Origin: an uncultured Acidobacteriota bacterium
GTDB taxonomy: Bacteria > Acidobacteriota > Terriglobia > UBA7540
DNA: 64,000 bases
Assembly (NCBI GenBank): GCA_963804995.1
Contig: CAWDSK010000006.1
Span: 608,001-672,000 of the forward strand
Direction of reading: 5' to 3'
Part shown: positions 32,256 through 42,678 of the stretch, one piece after another
Layout of the letters: the number at the start of each line of letters is the position of its first letter
Numbering within the stretch: the first letter of the stretch is position 1
The notes under the pieces: generated by a model
What the model saw: only the letters and a program-made list of their open reading frames with translations
Database searches by the model: none
What the model was told of the DNA's origin: nothing
Translations under genes and position numbers: made by a program

Positions 32256-32747
32256 TCAGAACTCCTTCTTAGCCAGTACAACCGCACCGAGCACTGCGAC
32301 CAGAATCAAAATGGAAGTCACCTCAAAAGGCAACACGTAATTCCGGAAAAGCAGATGGCCAATCGCACTGGGACTTGCATCGAGCAGCGGGGCGGAAAGT
32401 TTCGCGGTCGCCGGAAATTGCTCCCAGACCACCACCAATAGCTCAACCAGAATGGCGGCGATGATGGGGGCACCCAGCCACCGGGTCATGCGGCTTCGAT
32501 GGGTTGTAGTTTCGCGGCCCGCATTGAGAAGCATGATGACGAAAACAAACAAAACCATGATGGCGCCCGCGTACACGATGACCTGAATGACGGCCATGAA
32601 TTCCGCGCCTAGCAGCAAGTACACACACGCCAGCGAACAGAGGACGACAATCAGCGAGAGTGCGCTGTACACGGGGGTGCGCTGCAAGATAACATTCAGC
32701 GCGGCCAGGACCGCTAGACCCGCACAAATATAGAAAAGAATCGCCAT
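32256..32747 (-). CDS. nuoJ: NADH-quinone oxidoreductase subunit J (cluster 2)
   Basis: [29 protein letters not shown]. Confidence 0.95.
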   Translation of the reverse strand: MAILFYICAGLAVLAALNVILQRTPVYSALSLIVVLCSLACVYLLLGAEFMAVIQVIVYAGAIMVLFVFVIMLLNAGRETTTHRSRMTRWLGAPIIAAILVELLVVVWEQFPATAKLSAPLLDASPSAIGHLLFRNYVLPFEVTSILILVAVLGAVVLAKKEF

Positions 32748-32753
32748 ATCAGA

Positions 32754-33821
32754 TCATCCTGCCTCGTGCCAGGCGATGAGGAAACTCGTCACCAGAATAT
32801 TCAGCAGGCCCAAAGGCAGCAGGAACTTCCATCCTAAAGACATCAGTTGGTCGTACCGGAAGCGCGGAAGTGTGCCGCGCATCCAGATGTAGAAAAACAG
32901 GAAACAAAAAACTTTCAGGCAAAACCAAAAAACGGGAAGAAGGATTCGGAAGAGGGCCGGCCCACCCACCGGGCCATGCCAGCCTCCGAAAAACAACAGG
33001 GTGGCAAGGCATGAGACCGTTATCATATTCGCGTACTCTGACATGAAGAACATCGCGAATTTCATGCTGCTGTACTCAGTGTGAAAGCCACCCACCAGTT
33101 CCGTTTCGCCTTCGGGTAGATCAAAGGGCACGCGATTCGTTTCCGCCACTGCGGCAGTAAAGTAAACAAAAAAACCTATGGGCTGAACAAAAATGTTCCA
33201 ATGCGGCAACCAGGTATTGACGCCGTGAATATACCAAGTACCGCTTTGCGCCTCCACGATGCCGCGCAGGCTGAGCGTTCCCGCGATCATCAGCACCCCG
33301 ATCACGGCTATTCCCAGAGCCAGCTCGTAGCTGATCATCTGCGCCGAAGACCGCAGGGCGCCGAAGAGGGGATACTTGCTGTTGGAGGACCATCCCGCGA
33401 GCGCGATGCTGTACACGCCCAGGGAGGTGACGGCAAAGATAAACAGCAGCCCAACGTTCAGGTCAGTGATTTGAAACTCGATGGGATGACCACGGAAGGT
33501 GAATCCCCCGCCGAAGGGGATGACGGAAATGGAGAGAAACGCCAGGACAAATCCCAGAAAGGGCGCCAGCCAGTAGATCACGCGATCCGCCTCGAGGGGC
33601 ATAATATCTTCTTTGAGAATGAACTTTGCCCCGTCGGCCAGCGGTTGCAGCAGCCCGTGGGGGCCCACAAGGTACGGTCCCCAGCGCGCTTGAATATGGG
33701 CCACCACCTTGCGCTCCAGCCACGTGGTGTAAGCGACTGTGGTCAATAGAACAACGATGACCACCACAATCTTTACGCCCGCGACGAGGAAGAGAAATTC
33801 CGTGTCAGAAAATGTGGCCAT
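32754..33821 (-). CDS. nuoH: NADH-quinone oxidoreductase subunit H (cluster 2)
   Basis: LERKVVAHIQARWGP, AETNRVPFDLPEGETEL, LPRFRYDQLM. Confidence 0.97.
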   Translation of the reverse strand: MATFSDTEFLFLVAGVKIVVVIVVLLTTVAYTTWLERKVVAHIQARWGPYLVGPHGLLQPLADGAKFILKEDIMPLEADRVIYWLAPFLGFVLAFLSISVIPFGGGFTFRGHPIEFQITDLNVGLLFIFAVTSLGVYSIALAGWSSNSKYPLFGALRSSAQMISYELALGIAVIGVLMIAGTLSLRGIVEAQSGTWYIHGVNTWLPHWNIFVQPIGFFVYFTAAVAETNRVPFDLPEGETELVGGFHTEYSSMKFAMFFMSEYANMITVSCLATLLFFGGWHGPVGGPALFRILLPVFWFCLKVFCFLFFYIWMRGTLPRFRYDQLMSLGWKFLLPLGLLNILVTSFLIAWHEAG

Positions 33822-36156
33822 GAGGTCTCTTGGCTTCGTCCACTGAATTGAGCGCCCAACTATAACGGCTCAAGGTTCCCGATGTGAAGAGCGAATCCTG
33901 GGAGGAGAATATCAGATCTGCGGTGGCGAGTTCGGGTGGCATTCCCGCCGCCTGAGTCGCGACCGCGCGTCCGACCAGCAAGTTGGGAAGCGCGATTTCG
34001 TATCCCGGAACCCGCGCGATGATCTCCCGCAGCACGTCATCCGAAGACCCGTAAGTCCACTTGTGACCCAGCAGCCTCGCCAGGGCAAGCACGATCTCCA
34101 GGTCGCTTCGCGTCCCTGCCTTACGCATGGTTTTTTTAAGGGCCTGGACCTGGCCGCAGGTGTTGGTTACCGTCCCGGATTTTTCCGCAAAGCTGGTCGC
34201 GGGCAGAACCACGTGGGCAACCTCGGTCGTTTCCGTGGGGAAAAGTTCCGCCACCATCAGGAAACCCAGCTTGCCCAATTCTTCTTTGGCGATGTGAAAG
34301 GTCTTGACGGGATTTGATCCGAAGACCAGCAAGGCTTTGATCTCGCCCGATTTAACACCTTCGAGGATCGACAGTATGTTGCGCCCCGGCTCGGTGGGCA
34401 ACTCGCCTAGCCAGGTGGATTCGAAGCGCTCGCGAACGGCGGGGTCGGAAAGTGCCCCATAACCCGGCAAGACGTCGGGTAACAAGCCCATGTCGGCGGC
34501 GCCGCGCGAATTGGCATAATCTCCCAGCGCCACGAATCGAGTGCGGCCGGGAAGCGTGAGTCCCCAGCGAACCAGGGCCCCCACATCTTTCCCGCGAATT
34601 TCGTCCCCGAAAATAATGGTCGTGTTGGATTCTTTGTGCAACTTCTCGCCGAGAGAACTGAGAGCCACCGCCGCTCCGACCCCCAAGTCAGCAGCAGAGG
34701 ATCCGATTCCTGCCAGGGCGCGAATTGCCTCGGCTTCTCCCCCAACTTTGACACCGACGCTATAAGTCGCCTGGCGCTGCAACTTGATTTCCCGGCTATT
34801 CAACAAATACAAGTGAGCGTTGCGCTGGCGGACCGCCTGACGAATTTGATATGCGACCAGCGGATGTTGGTGGGTGGGGTCGTTGCCCACAACAAGGATG
34901 CTGGGAGATTCAAAGATGTCCTGGATAGTTGCGTGACGATCGAGGGCCTTCGCTTCCGTCAGCGCACGCACGAGCGAGCTGTAATCCGCCGTGCGGTGGT
35001 GGTCAAGATTGTTGGTTCCAAGCACCGTGCGCGCCAAGCGGCCGAGCAGATAATTCTCCTCATTCGTGGTGCGATTGGAGCCGATCACGGCGACGGACGC
35101 CGGCCCATGCTGTTTGAGGATTTCCGTGAGGCGGTCGGCCGTGAGCCCCAACGCCTCATCCCAGGTTCCAGCTTCCTGCCTGCCATTCTTGCGAATCAGC
35201 GGCGCCGTCAGGCGTTGGTCGCTGTTAACGAAGTCCCAGCCAAAGCGGCCTTTGACGCAAAGGAACTCGCCGTTAAAACCGGAGTGGTCGCGGTTGTTGG
35301 CTCGAATGATTTCGTTGTTCCGAACCGAGAGAGTCGTCTTGCAGCCATCACCGCAATGGTTACAGGTGGTGCCCGTGTATGTCATTTCCCAGGGGCGTGT
35401 CTTGTAGCGATAGGTTCCACTGGTCAGGGCGCCCACCGGGCAAACGTCAATACACATCCCGCATTCTTCGCATTCCAGTTTTTCGCCGTGGTTGGGAATA
35501 ATCTCACTGTGCGCGCCGCGGTAGCCGATGCCGTAGGCATTAACGTCCAGACCCTCATCGCAAACCCGCACGCAGCGATAACATAGTATGCAACGGGGCC
35601 AATCGTAATAAACCAGATTTGAAAACTGGCGCTCCTCATGGTGGAGTTTGGTTTCCATGAAGCGGGTCTCCGCCGCACCGTAGCGGAAAACCGCGTCCTG
35701 CAATTCGCACTCGCCGCCTTTGTCGCAAACGGGGCAATCGAGCGGGTGATTAGTGAGCAGGAACTCCAGCATGGCTTTGCGGGCGTTCTTTACTTCTTCG
35801 TTCTCAGTCTGGACAACCATGCCGTTGGTGACCACCGTGGTGCAGGCGGTCTGCAACTTGGGCATTTTCTCAATCGCCACCAGGCACATGCGGCAGGCAC
35901 CCTGGAGCGTCAGCCCCGGATAATAGCAGTAGGAAGGAATCTCGATTCCCGCTTGCTTGGCGGCTTCAATAAGTAGCGTGCCCGCCGGGACCGTCACTTT
36001 CTTGCCGTTGATGGTCAGGGACACAGGTTCGACTGCGGCGTTCGTGCGTGGAGAAAGGCTGTGGCTGCGGGAGTACGGTCCCGCCACCTGGAAGTTTTCC
36101 TCCTTGGGAGGCAAGTCCAGGATGACGAACGGAGATTTCTGCGTCTCGTCCTTCAT
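33805..36156 (-). CDS. nuoG: NADH-quinone oxidoreductase subunit G
   Basis: GACRMC, HPLDCPVCDKGGECELQD, CEECGMCIDVCP, CNHCGDGC, molybdopterin-oxidoreductase-like C-terminal part. Confidence 0.95.
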   Translation of the reverse strand: MKDETQKSPFVILDLPPKEENFQVAGPYSRSHSLSPRTNAAVEPVSLTINGKKVTVPAGTLLIEAAKQAGIEIPSYCYYPGLTLQGACRMCLVAIEKMPKLQTACTTVVTNGMVVQTENEEVKNARKAMLEFLLTNHPLDCPVCDKGGECELQDAVFRYGAAETRFMETKLHHEERQFSNLVYYDWPRCILCYRCVRVCDEGLDVNAYGIGYRGAHSEIIPNHGEKLECEECGMCIDVCPVGALTSGTYRYKTRPWEMTYTGTTCNHCGDGCKTTLSVRNNEIIRANNRDHSGFNGEFLCVKGRFGWDFVNSDQRLTAPLIRKNGRQEAGTWDEALGLTADRLTEILKQHGPASVAVIGSNRTTNEENYLLGRLARTVLGTNNLDHHRTADYSSLVRALTEAKALDRHATIQDIFESPSILVVGNDPTHQHPLVAYQIRQAVRQRNAHLYLLNSREIKLQRQATYSVGVKVGGEAEAIRALAGIGSSAADLGVGAAVALSSLGEKLHKESNTTIIFGDEIRGKDVGALVRWGLTLPGRTRFVALGDYANSRGAADMGLLPDVLPGYGALSDPAVRERFESTWLGELPTEPGRNILSILEGVKSGEIKALLVFGSNPVKTFHIAKEELGKLGFLMVAELFPTETTEVAHVVLPATSFAEKSGTVTNTCGQVQALKKTMRKAGTRSDLEIVLALARLLGHKWTYGSSDDVLREIIARVPGYEIALPNLLVGRAVATQAAGMPPELATADLIFSSQDSLFTSGTLSRYSWALNSVDEAKRPHGHIF

Positions 36157-37472
36157 GCCACGCTCACCACTTTCTTTTCGTAAGGACAGTACCCAAGCTT
36201 TAGATGCTCATCAAATTCATGCCGGAACTTTTTTAGGATGCTGATAGTTGGCATGGCTGCCGCGTCCCCCAGCGGGCAGAGAGTCTTGCCCAGGATGTTG
36301 TAGGAAACATCCAGCGCCGTGTCGGGATCGTCCGGAAGTGCCCCACCGGAGTGAAAGCGATCGAACAAGTGCTTCAACCAGGAAGTTCCTTCACGGCAGG
36401 GGATGCACCAGCCGCAGGATTCGTGCGCGTAGAATTTCATGATACGGCCTGCGGCTTTTACCATGCACGCATCTTCATCGATAACGACGACTCCCCCGGA
36501 GCCCAGCATGGAACCGATTTTGGCGACCGAATCATAATCCATGGCCACGTCAATTTCATCCGCGGTCAGGACAGGGCACGATGAGCCACCCGGAATCACG
36601 GCCTTCAGCTTCTTTCCGCCCGGCACCCCGCCGCCGATTTCCTCAATCATCCGGCGCAGGGGAAAGCCCATTGGCAATTCGTAAACTCCTGGACGCGCGA
36701 TGTGGCCGCTCAGGCAGAAAAGGCGGGTACCGCCATTTTTCGGTGAGCCCAGCTTCGAGTACCAGTCCGCGCCGTTCAGGAGGATGTGAGGAACATTCGA
36801 GAGTGTCTCGACGTTATTGATGACCGTAGGCCCGCCGTACAGGCCGACGACCGCAGGGAAAGGAGGCTTGATGCGGGGATAGCCGCGTAGGCCCTCGAGC
36901 GAATTCAGCAGCGCCGTTTCTTCGCCACACTCGTAGGCGCCCGCACCAGTGTGCGTGCAAAGCTCGAAATCGAATCCGGAGCCGAGCACGTTCCTGCCGA
37001 GATAGCCGCGCGCGTAGGCTTCCGCCAACGCCCGATCGACGATATCCAGAAGGTAACGATACTCGCCGCGAACGTAAATGAATCCCTGATGAGCCTGGAT
37101 GGCATAGCCCGCGATGATAATGCCTTCAATAAGCTGATGCGGGTCGTACTCCATCAGCGGCCGGTCCTTACAAGTTCCGGGCTCGCTCTCATCAGCATTG
37201 CAGACCACATACTTGGGTTTGGCCGACTGCTTGGGGACGAAGCTCCACTTCATGCCTGTATTGAAGCCGGCGCCACCCCGGCCGCGCAGGCCGGAGTTCT
37301 TTACTTCGTTGATGACATCTTCCGGTTTCAGGGTGAGCGCCTTGGCCAAGGCCTTGTAACCGTCATGTTGTATGTAAACGTCAATCGAGGTCGAGTTGGG
37401 CAGGCCAAAGCGCTTGCTGATGACCTTCACCTCGAGCGGGCTGTTGCCCATCGGATTGTTATAGCCAGGCAT
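36153..37472 (-). CDS. nuoF: NADH-quinone oxidoreductase subunit F
   Basis: GLRGRGGAGF, NADESEPGT, GAGAYECGEETAL, ESCGWCIPCREG. Confidence 0.97.
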   Translation of the reverse strand: MPGYNNPMGNSPLEVKVISKRFGLPNSTSIDVYIQHDGYKALAKALTLKPEDVINEVKNSGLRGRGGAGFNTGMKWSFVPKQSAKPKYVVCNADESEPGTCKDRPLMEYDPHQLIEGIIIAGYAIQAHQGFIYVRGEYRYLLDIVDRALAEAYARGYLGRNVLGSGFDFELCTHTGAGAYECGEETALLNSLEGLRGYPRIKPPFPAVVGLYGGPTVINNVETLSNVPHILLNGADWYSKLGSPKNGGTRLFCLSGHIARPGVYELPMGFPLRRMIEEIGGGVPGGKKLKAVIPGGSSCPVLTADEIDVAMDYDSVAKIGSMLGSGGVVVIDEDACMVKAAGRIMKFYAHESCGWCIPCREGTSWLKHLFDRFHSGGALPDDPDTALDVSYNILGKTLCPLGDAAAMPTISILKKFRHEFDEHLKLGYCPYEKKVVSVA

Positions 37473-37474
37473 GG

Positions 37475-37657
37475 AGTTGTCAGTGGCCAGTTGTCAGTCG
37501 TCAGTTGCATGACCACGCCCTGACCTTATCCCTAACTAAGGAGGGGTGCCGCCATCCTGGGAACTCCTCTTCTTAATTAAGCAGAGGTGCCCGGAGTAGG
37601 GCGGGCTGGTTGCTTCTGACTCCTAACTCCTAACTTCTAGCTTCTACCTCCTACTCC
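37475..37657. repeat. nuoE-nuoF spacer: heptamer tracts flanking a degenerate family C palindrome
   Basis: agttgtc-type units 37475-37507; ccctaactaaggagggg hairpin-like region; ctcctaa/cttctag units 37613-37657. Confidence 0.7.
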
Positions 37658-38146
37658 TCACATCTTTGAACGCGGTTCTTTCTTTCTCAGTTCTTCAAGC
37701 AGAGCATCGATCTTTTCCGGCGTGAGGTTTTCGTAGAAGTCGTAATTCACCTGCATCGCCGGCGCTCCACAGCAGGCGCCCAGGCACTCAACTTCTTCGA
37801 GCGTGAACAGGCCATCCGAGGTGGTTTGCTTGTGCCCGATACCAAGTCTTCGCGAGCAGTGCTCGAAGATCTCCTCGGCGCCCCGCAGCATGCAGGAGAT
37901 GTTGGTGCAAACCTGAATATTGTACTTGCCGATTGGGTGGCGGTGGAGCATCGAGTAAAAGGAGACAACCTCGGTGACCTCAATGGGCCGCACGTCCACG
38001 CGGCGCGCCACCTCAGCGATGACCTCGTCGCTCACATGGCCGACCTCATCCTGGGCATAAAGGAGCATCGGCACAACTGCGGAGCGCTTCAGGGGGTAGC
38101 GCGCGATGAGTTGGTCGAACTTTTTCAGTAAAGATTCAGAGAGCAT
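37658..38146 (-). CDS. nuoE: NADH-quinone oxidoreductase subunit E
   Basis: VCTNISCMLRG and VECLGAC 2Fe-2S motifs. Confidence 0.96.
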   Translation of the reverse strand: MLSESLLKKFDQLIARYPLKRSAVVPMLLYAQDEVGHVSDEVIAEVARRVDVRPIEVTEVVSFYSMLHRHPIGKYNIQVCTNISCMLRGAEEIFEHCSRRLGIGHKQTTSDGLFTLEEVECLGACCGAPAMQVNYDFYENLTPEKIDALLEELRKKEPRSKM

Positions 38147-38212
38147 TCTCGTTGAGCTAAAGGCCGAGATTCGAAACCCGCTCCGATTTCCGAGTTCCGA
38201 TTTTCGCCTTCC

Positions 38213-39409
38213 TTATCGATCCACTTCTCCCAGGACGATATCGATGGTGCCGATACATGCCACAACGTCAGCAATCAAACGACCTTCAATCATCTTCGGC
38301 AAGGCCTGCAAATTCGCGAAAGAAGGCGCCCGTACATGACACCGGAAGGGTTTGGGAGATCCGTCACTGACCATGTAGAACCCTAATTCTCCACGTGGCG
38401 ACTCGATGGCCTGATAGACCTCACCCACCGGCGGATGGAAGCCTTCGGTCACAATCTTAAAGTGATAAATCAATGCCTCGATGGAAGTCTTCATGCTCTC
38501 ACGTTCGGGCATCACGATGTGCGGAGCGTTGGCTTTGACTGGTCCATCCGGCAAGCCCTCCATGGCCTGCCGCACGATACGCAGCGATTGGCGCATTTCC
38601 TCAACCCGCGCCAGGTATCGCGCGTACACATCGCCTTCGGAGCGGGTGACAACTTTGAAATCAAATTTCTCGTAGCTGGAGTAGGGTTCTTTCTTACGAA
38701 TGTCCCAGTCTACTCCCGAGCCGCGCAGGGAGGGACCGGAGAGCCCGAAGGCAACGGCATCTTCCCCCGAAATGTACCCGACCCCCTTTGTCCGGCTCAG
38801 CCAGATGGGGTTTTTGGTGAGCAAGGCTTCGTATTCGTCGATACGCTGGGGAAACTTCTGCATGAACTTTTCGACCAGCTTCAGCCATCCCAAAGGAGGC
38901 TCAAGAGCCAGCCCACCGACCCGAAAATAGCTGGTCATCATGCGCTGGCCGGAGACCGCCTCGAAAATGTGCAGGATTTCCTCGCGCTCGCGGAAACAAT
39001 AGAGGAAGACCGACATGGCACCAATGTCGATGGCATGCGTGCCGAGCCACACCAAATGGCTTTGGATGCGCGTCAATTCGGTCAGCAGCACCCGAATCCA
39101 CTGGGCGCGCGGTGGGATTTCGAGGTCCAGAAGCTTCTCGGTCGCAAGGCAGAATCCCAGGTTGTTCGAAAGGGGCGCCAGGTAATCCATGCGGTCGGTA
39201 AGCGTGATCCCCTGGGTATAGGTCTTGCTTTCGAAGGACTTTTCGAAGCCGGTGTGCAGATAGCCGATGTCATAGAGAGCGCGCACGACGGTTTCGCCGT
39301 CGAGCTCAAGCACCAGCCGCAGCACCCCATGTGTCGAGGGATGCTGCGGGCCCATGCTGAGGATAACCCGCTCTTCCTCCCCCGGAATTCTTTCCAAAGT
39401 AATCGGCAT
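38213..39409 (-). CDS. nuoD: NADH-quinone oxidoreductase subunit D (cluster 2)
   Basis: [39 protein letters not shown]. Confidence 0.97.
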   Translation of the reverse strand: MPITLERIPGEEERVILSMGPQHPSTHGVLRLVLELDGETVVRALYDIGYLHTGFEKSFESKTYTQGITLTDRMDYLAPLSNNLGFCLATEKLLDLEIPPRAQWIRVLLTELTRIQSHLVWLGTHAIDIGAMSVFLYCFREREEILHIFEAVSGQRMMTSYFRVGGLALEPPLGWLKLVEKFMQKFPQRIDEYEALLTKNPIWLSRTKGVGYISGEDAVAFGLSGPSLRGSGVDWDIRKKEPYSSYEKFDFKVVTRSEGDVYARYLARVEEMRQSLRIVRQAMEGLPDGPVKANAPHIVMPERESMKTSIEALIYHFKIVTEGFHPPVGEVYQAIESPRGELGFYMVSDGSPKPFRCHVRAPSFANLQALPKMIEGRLIADVVACIGTIDIVLGEVDR

Positions 39410-39883
39410 CTAGCGATAACCCTCAGTGGGGTAATCCTTGCGTAAAGGGTATCCCTTCCAATCCTCAGGCAGCAGGAGCCGCCGCAGAAAGGGATGTCCC
39501 TCAAATTCGATTCCAAACAGGTCAAACACCTCGCGTTCGAAGGCATTGGCCGCAGGCCACACGGAAACAGCCGAATTGAGGCGCGGAGTTTCGCCCGAGA
39601 CCCGTACCTTCAAGCGCAAGCGCTGCGAGGTTTCCATTGCCAGCAAGTGATACACAACTTCGAAGCGAGGTTCGTTCGGGTAGAGATCCACCACGGTAAC
39701 ATCCACGAGGAAACTGAACTTCAGGCCGGGTTCGTCTCGGAGATATTCACAGGCGCGGATGAGGCAGGCGGGCCGTATGTAGAGCGTCACCTCGCCGCGG
39801 AAGGACCGGGCATCCTCAACCGCCTCCGGCTCTGATTCCCTCAGTTTCTTGAAAGCGAGATTGGTTTCAAGGTCGGTGGTCAT
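39410..39883 (-). CDS. nuoC: NADH-quinone oxidoreductase subunit C (cluster 2)
   Basis: RFEVVYHL, EREVFDLFGI, YPLRKDYP. Confidence 0.95.
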   Translation of the reverse strand: MTTDLETNLAFKKLRESEPEAVEDARSFRGEVTLYIRPACLIRACEYLRDEPGLKFSFLVDVTVVDLYPNEPRFEVVYHLLAMETSQRLRLKVRVSGETPRLNSAVSVWPAANAFEREVFDLFGIEFEGHPFLRRLLLPEDWKGYPLRKDYPTEGYR

Positions 39884-39886
39884 AGA

Positions 39887-40007
39887 ATCGGGTGAGCCGG
39901 CAATCGGGAGAGCGAGTGAACAGGTCGCGGCATCAATTGATCGGGTGAGCAACAAACCAGTTCGGTCTTTGTTCACCCGATCACCGAATCTCCTGATCAC
40001 CCGATCA
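39887..40007. repeat. Inverted heptamer tracts (ATCGGGT / TCACCCG) between nuoA and nuoC
   Basis: atcgggtga units on the left, tcacccgatcaccgaatctcctgatcacccgat on the right. Confidence 0.7.
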
Positions 40008-40367
40008 CTAGCGGGTCCAGTCCAGAGCGCCCTTCTTCCAAAGATAGACGTAGCCAGCCAGTAGGATGGCGATGTACAAGAACATTTCAACGAAGCCAAA
40101 CCACTTCAAGCTTTTATAGACCACTGCCCAGGGATAAAGAAAAACGGCCTCAACGTCGAACAGGATGAAGATCATCCCGATAAGATAGAAGCTGACCGAA
40201 AAGCGCTCACGGGCGTTGCCGACGGGAGGTATCCCGCATTCATAGGGCGAGAGTTTTTCCCGCGTTGGCCGCTTTACCCCGACCCACCAAGACAACCCCA
40301 GCATGGCGGCGGCAATGAACACCACCACCATGAAGTGCAACAAGACGGGGATATAAACTCCAGCCAT
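40008..40367 (-). CDS. nuoA: NADH-quinone oxidoreductase subunit A
   Basis: KLSPYECG, FILFDVEAVFLYPW, KKGALDW. Confidence 0.96.
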   Translation of the reverse strand: MAGVYIPVLLHFMVVVFIAAAMLGLSWWVGVKRPTREKLSPYECGIPPVGNARERFSVSFYLIGMIFILFDVEAVFLYPWAVVYKSLKWFGFVEMFLYIAILLAGYVYLWKKGALDWTR

Positions 40368-40535
40368 TCCAGTCACTTACAAGCGCTTTTGAGTGTCTTT
40401 CCCGGACCAAAAACTATACGAGGCGGCTCCGAATGGTGTCAAGTTTTTTCTTGCCTGAGTCGCCGGGAGCCAGTAACATTCAAGCTATCGAACGGGGAGC
40501 TGCGGTCCGTAGCGGTCCCTAGCGGGGCTTGTCCC

Positions 40536-40808
40536 ATGGTGATGGGATTCAATACCGACATAAAGCACGATGGCGTGGTCTATCACATCCAGACCGAACC
40601 TCGCAAAGACGCGGGGATCGATACGACCGTGTACACACGGGGCGCGGTCATCCACAAATTAAAGAGCTCCTACCAGGATTTGCTGGACTCCCCCGATTTC
40701 AGTGAAGAGAAACTGAAGCAACGGCTCGAAGACCAGCACCGACAAGTCATCGCGCGGATCCGCGCGGGGGAAATCAACCCCGCTGCTCAACAAGCAGGCC
40801 CTTCCTAA
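40536..40808 (+). CDS. Hypothetical protein ([18 protein letters not shown] type)
   Basis: Compact 90-aa ORF divergent from nuoA, 13 bp upstream of thiS. Confidence 0.7.
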   Translation: MVMGFNTDIKHDGVVYHIQTEPRKDAGIDTTVYTRGAVIHKLKSSYQDLLDSPDFSEEKLKQRLEDQHRQVIARIRAGEINPAAQQAGPS

Positions 40809-40821
40809 CTGGGAGTCCCCT

Positions 40822-41061
40822 TTGGCAAATATCCACCTGAATGGAGAGCTTCAAGAGGTCCCCGAAGGACTAACTTTGGCGGCTCTGCTCGATTGGCTGG
40901 AGTTGCCTGCCGACCGTGTCGCCGTGGAACGCAACCTGGAGATCGTTCCCAGGTCCAAGTGGGCGGAGACCATGATCCAGACCAACGACCGCTTGGAGGT
41001 GGTACACTTTGTGGGCGGCGGCAAGTTTGACTTCACAGCGCCATTCCTTGGATGGGAATAA
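40822..41061 (+). CDS. thiS: Sulfur carrier protein ThiS
   Basis: [29 protein letters not shown]. Confidence 0.9.
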   Translation: MANIHLNGELQEVPEGLTLAALLDWLELPADRVAVERNLEIVPRSKWAETMIQTNDRLEVVHFVGGGKFDFTAPFLGWE

Positions 41062-41135
41062 GGTCAAGCGAGCCGAAACGCAGAGGTGCCCTGCCTGGGG
41101 GTCAACGCTGCGCGCTGGGTATTGCAAGTTTCCCG

Positions 41136-42495
41136 ATGAATCCGAACACTTACAATCCTGCGGCCTTCACGGTGGTCGACCTGCTCATCAAGTTGGCGGT
41201 CATGGCCCTATTGGCGGGCTTCATCGCGCGTTTCGGGATGTTCCGGCGCCTGCTGGTTATTGAGCAACGGGGACCCCGCGAGAAGATACAGTTTGCCCTG
41301 TTTCTGGGACTGCCCTTCATGGTAGGCGTGCTAGTACGTTTGCTTGAGCATTACCCAACTACCGATCTGAGCCTGGAAGTGACCGTGCTGGCGGGACTGC
41401 TGGGCGGGACGATTGTGGGCCTGGCGGTGGCGTTGATTGTCAGCCTCCCTACTCTACTCTTTCATCTTGGTCACATGGAATTCCTGGCCTTGCCAATGGC
41501 TACACTCTATGCGGTGGTGGCCGGAACGCTACGCTGGGTTTGTCCCGACAAAGAAGAGATCTGGAAATTCTCGCCCTTCATTGATTTGAGCCTGTACCGT
41601 TCGATTCGGCAAAAGTTCAAGCATCCTGCCATTGACTGGCAAGTCCTCTTTACACTTATCTGCATCATCCTGGAAGTCATTCGCATGGTGGTGGTAGGGC
41701 CCATCTCTCACGGAAGGCTGTTCTATCCGTACTCCCCCAATCATCTCACACAGGTACTGATCGTTTTGGCCACCATCATTGGGGTCGGCTTGCCGGTTCG
41801 GATTTGGAACACCACGCGCATTGAGCACAAACTCGTGGAACAGGAGAAGGCGCTGCTCCAAGCACGCATGGACGCACTCATCAGTCAGATTAATCCCCAC
41901 TTTCTCTTTAATACTTTGAACACGATCTCCTCCCTGATTCGTTTCGATCCCGACACAGCTCGCACCGTGCTGCTCAAGCTATCGAACATTTTGCGCCGGC
42001 GCCTGAAATCCCAGGTTCACTTCTCACCCCTCCGGCAGGAGTTGGAGTTCATCGATGATTACCTGGATATCGAAGTAGTGCGGTTCGGGCGAGACAAGTT
42101 GCAAATCCGCAAAGAGATTGATCCTGAGACTTTGGAAATAGTCGTTCCCAGCATGATCTTGCAACCCTTGGTGGAGAACGCGATCCGGCACGGCATCGGG
42201 CCGAAAATTGAGGGCGGCACAATCACCTTGCGAACCAAGCGTGGCAATGGCCGGCTGATGATTGAAGTCATCGACAACGGAGTGGGGATTCCTGAGCCGC
42301 GGCAAAGCGAAGTGTTCGACAGTGGAATCGGAATCAGCAACGTTCGCGAGCGCCTGGCGGTGCTCTACGGCGAGGATTTCTCGATTAAGATCGATAGCCA
42401 GCCGGGCCAGGGAACCGCAATCCGGCTCGAAGATTCCAGAGTTGCTCACTTCAGTGCCTGCGGCGCGGGTCGAGGCCGCCGCCGCCCTGTCTTAG
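41136..42495 (+). CDS. LytS/YehU-family membrane sensor histidine kinase (apparent frameshift at ~42430, probably sequencing error)
   Basis: SQINPHFLFNTLN, ILQPLVENAIRHG, DNGVG, GIGISNVRERL; removing one A restores GTAIRLEIP...LS*. Confidence 0.9.
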
Positions 42496-42678
42496 AAACT
42501 CTTCCCGCCTACGCGACAAGCCAGCGGGCGTGGTTCGGACTGCGCCGGCCGCTGGTCTCCACCCACCGCACGGCTGTGCTTTAATTTTCCGATAACGATA
42601 TAGATTTGGGCGTACAATCCTCCCATCCCACTGGTGACTTCGGGCGTGTGCAGACAACTTGAAGAGGAGGACTTTGTT

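Noticed and set aside
39884..40007. Hidden nuoB between nuoA and nuoC
   Set aside because: Gap is only about 125 bp of heptamer repeats, with no CC-containing NuoB motif; I also saw none upstream of nuoC1
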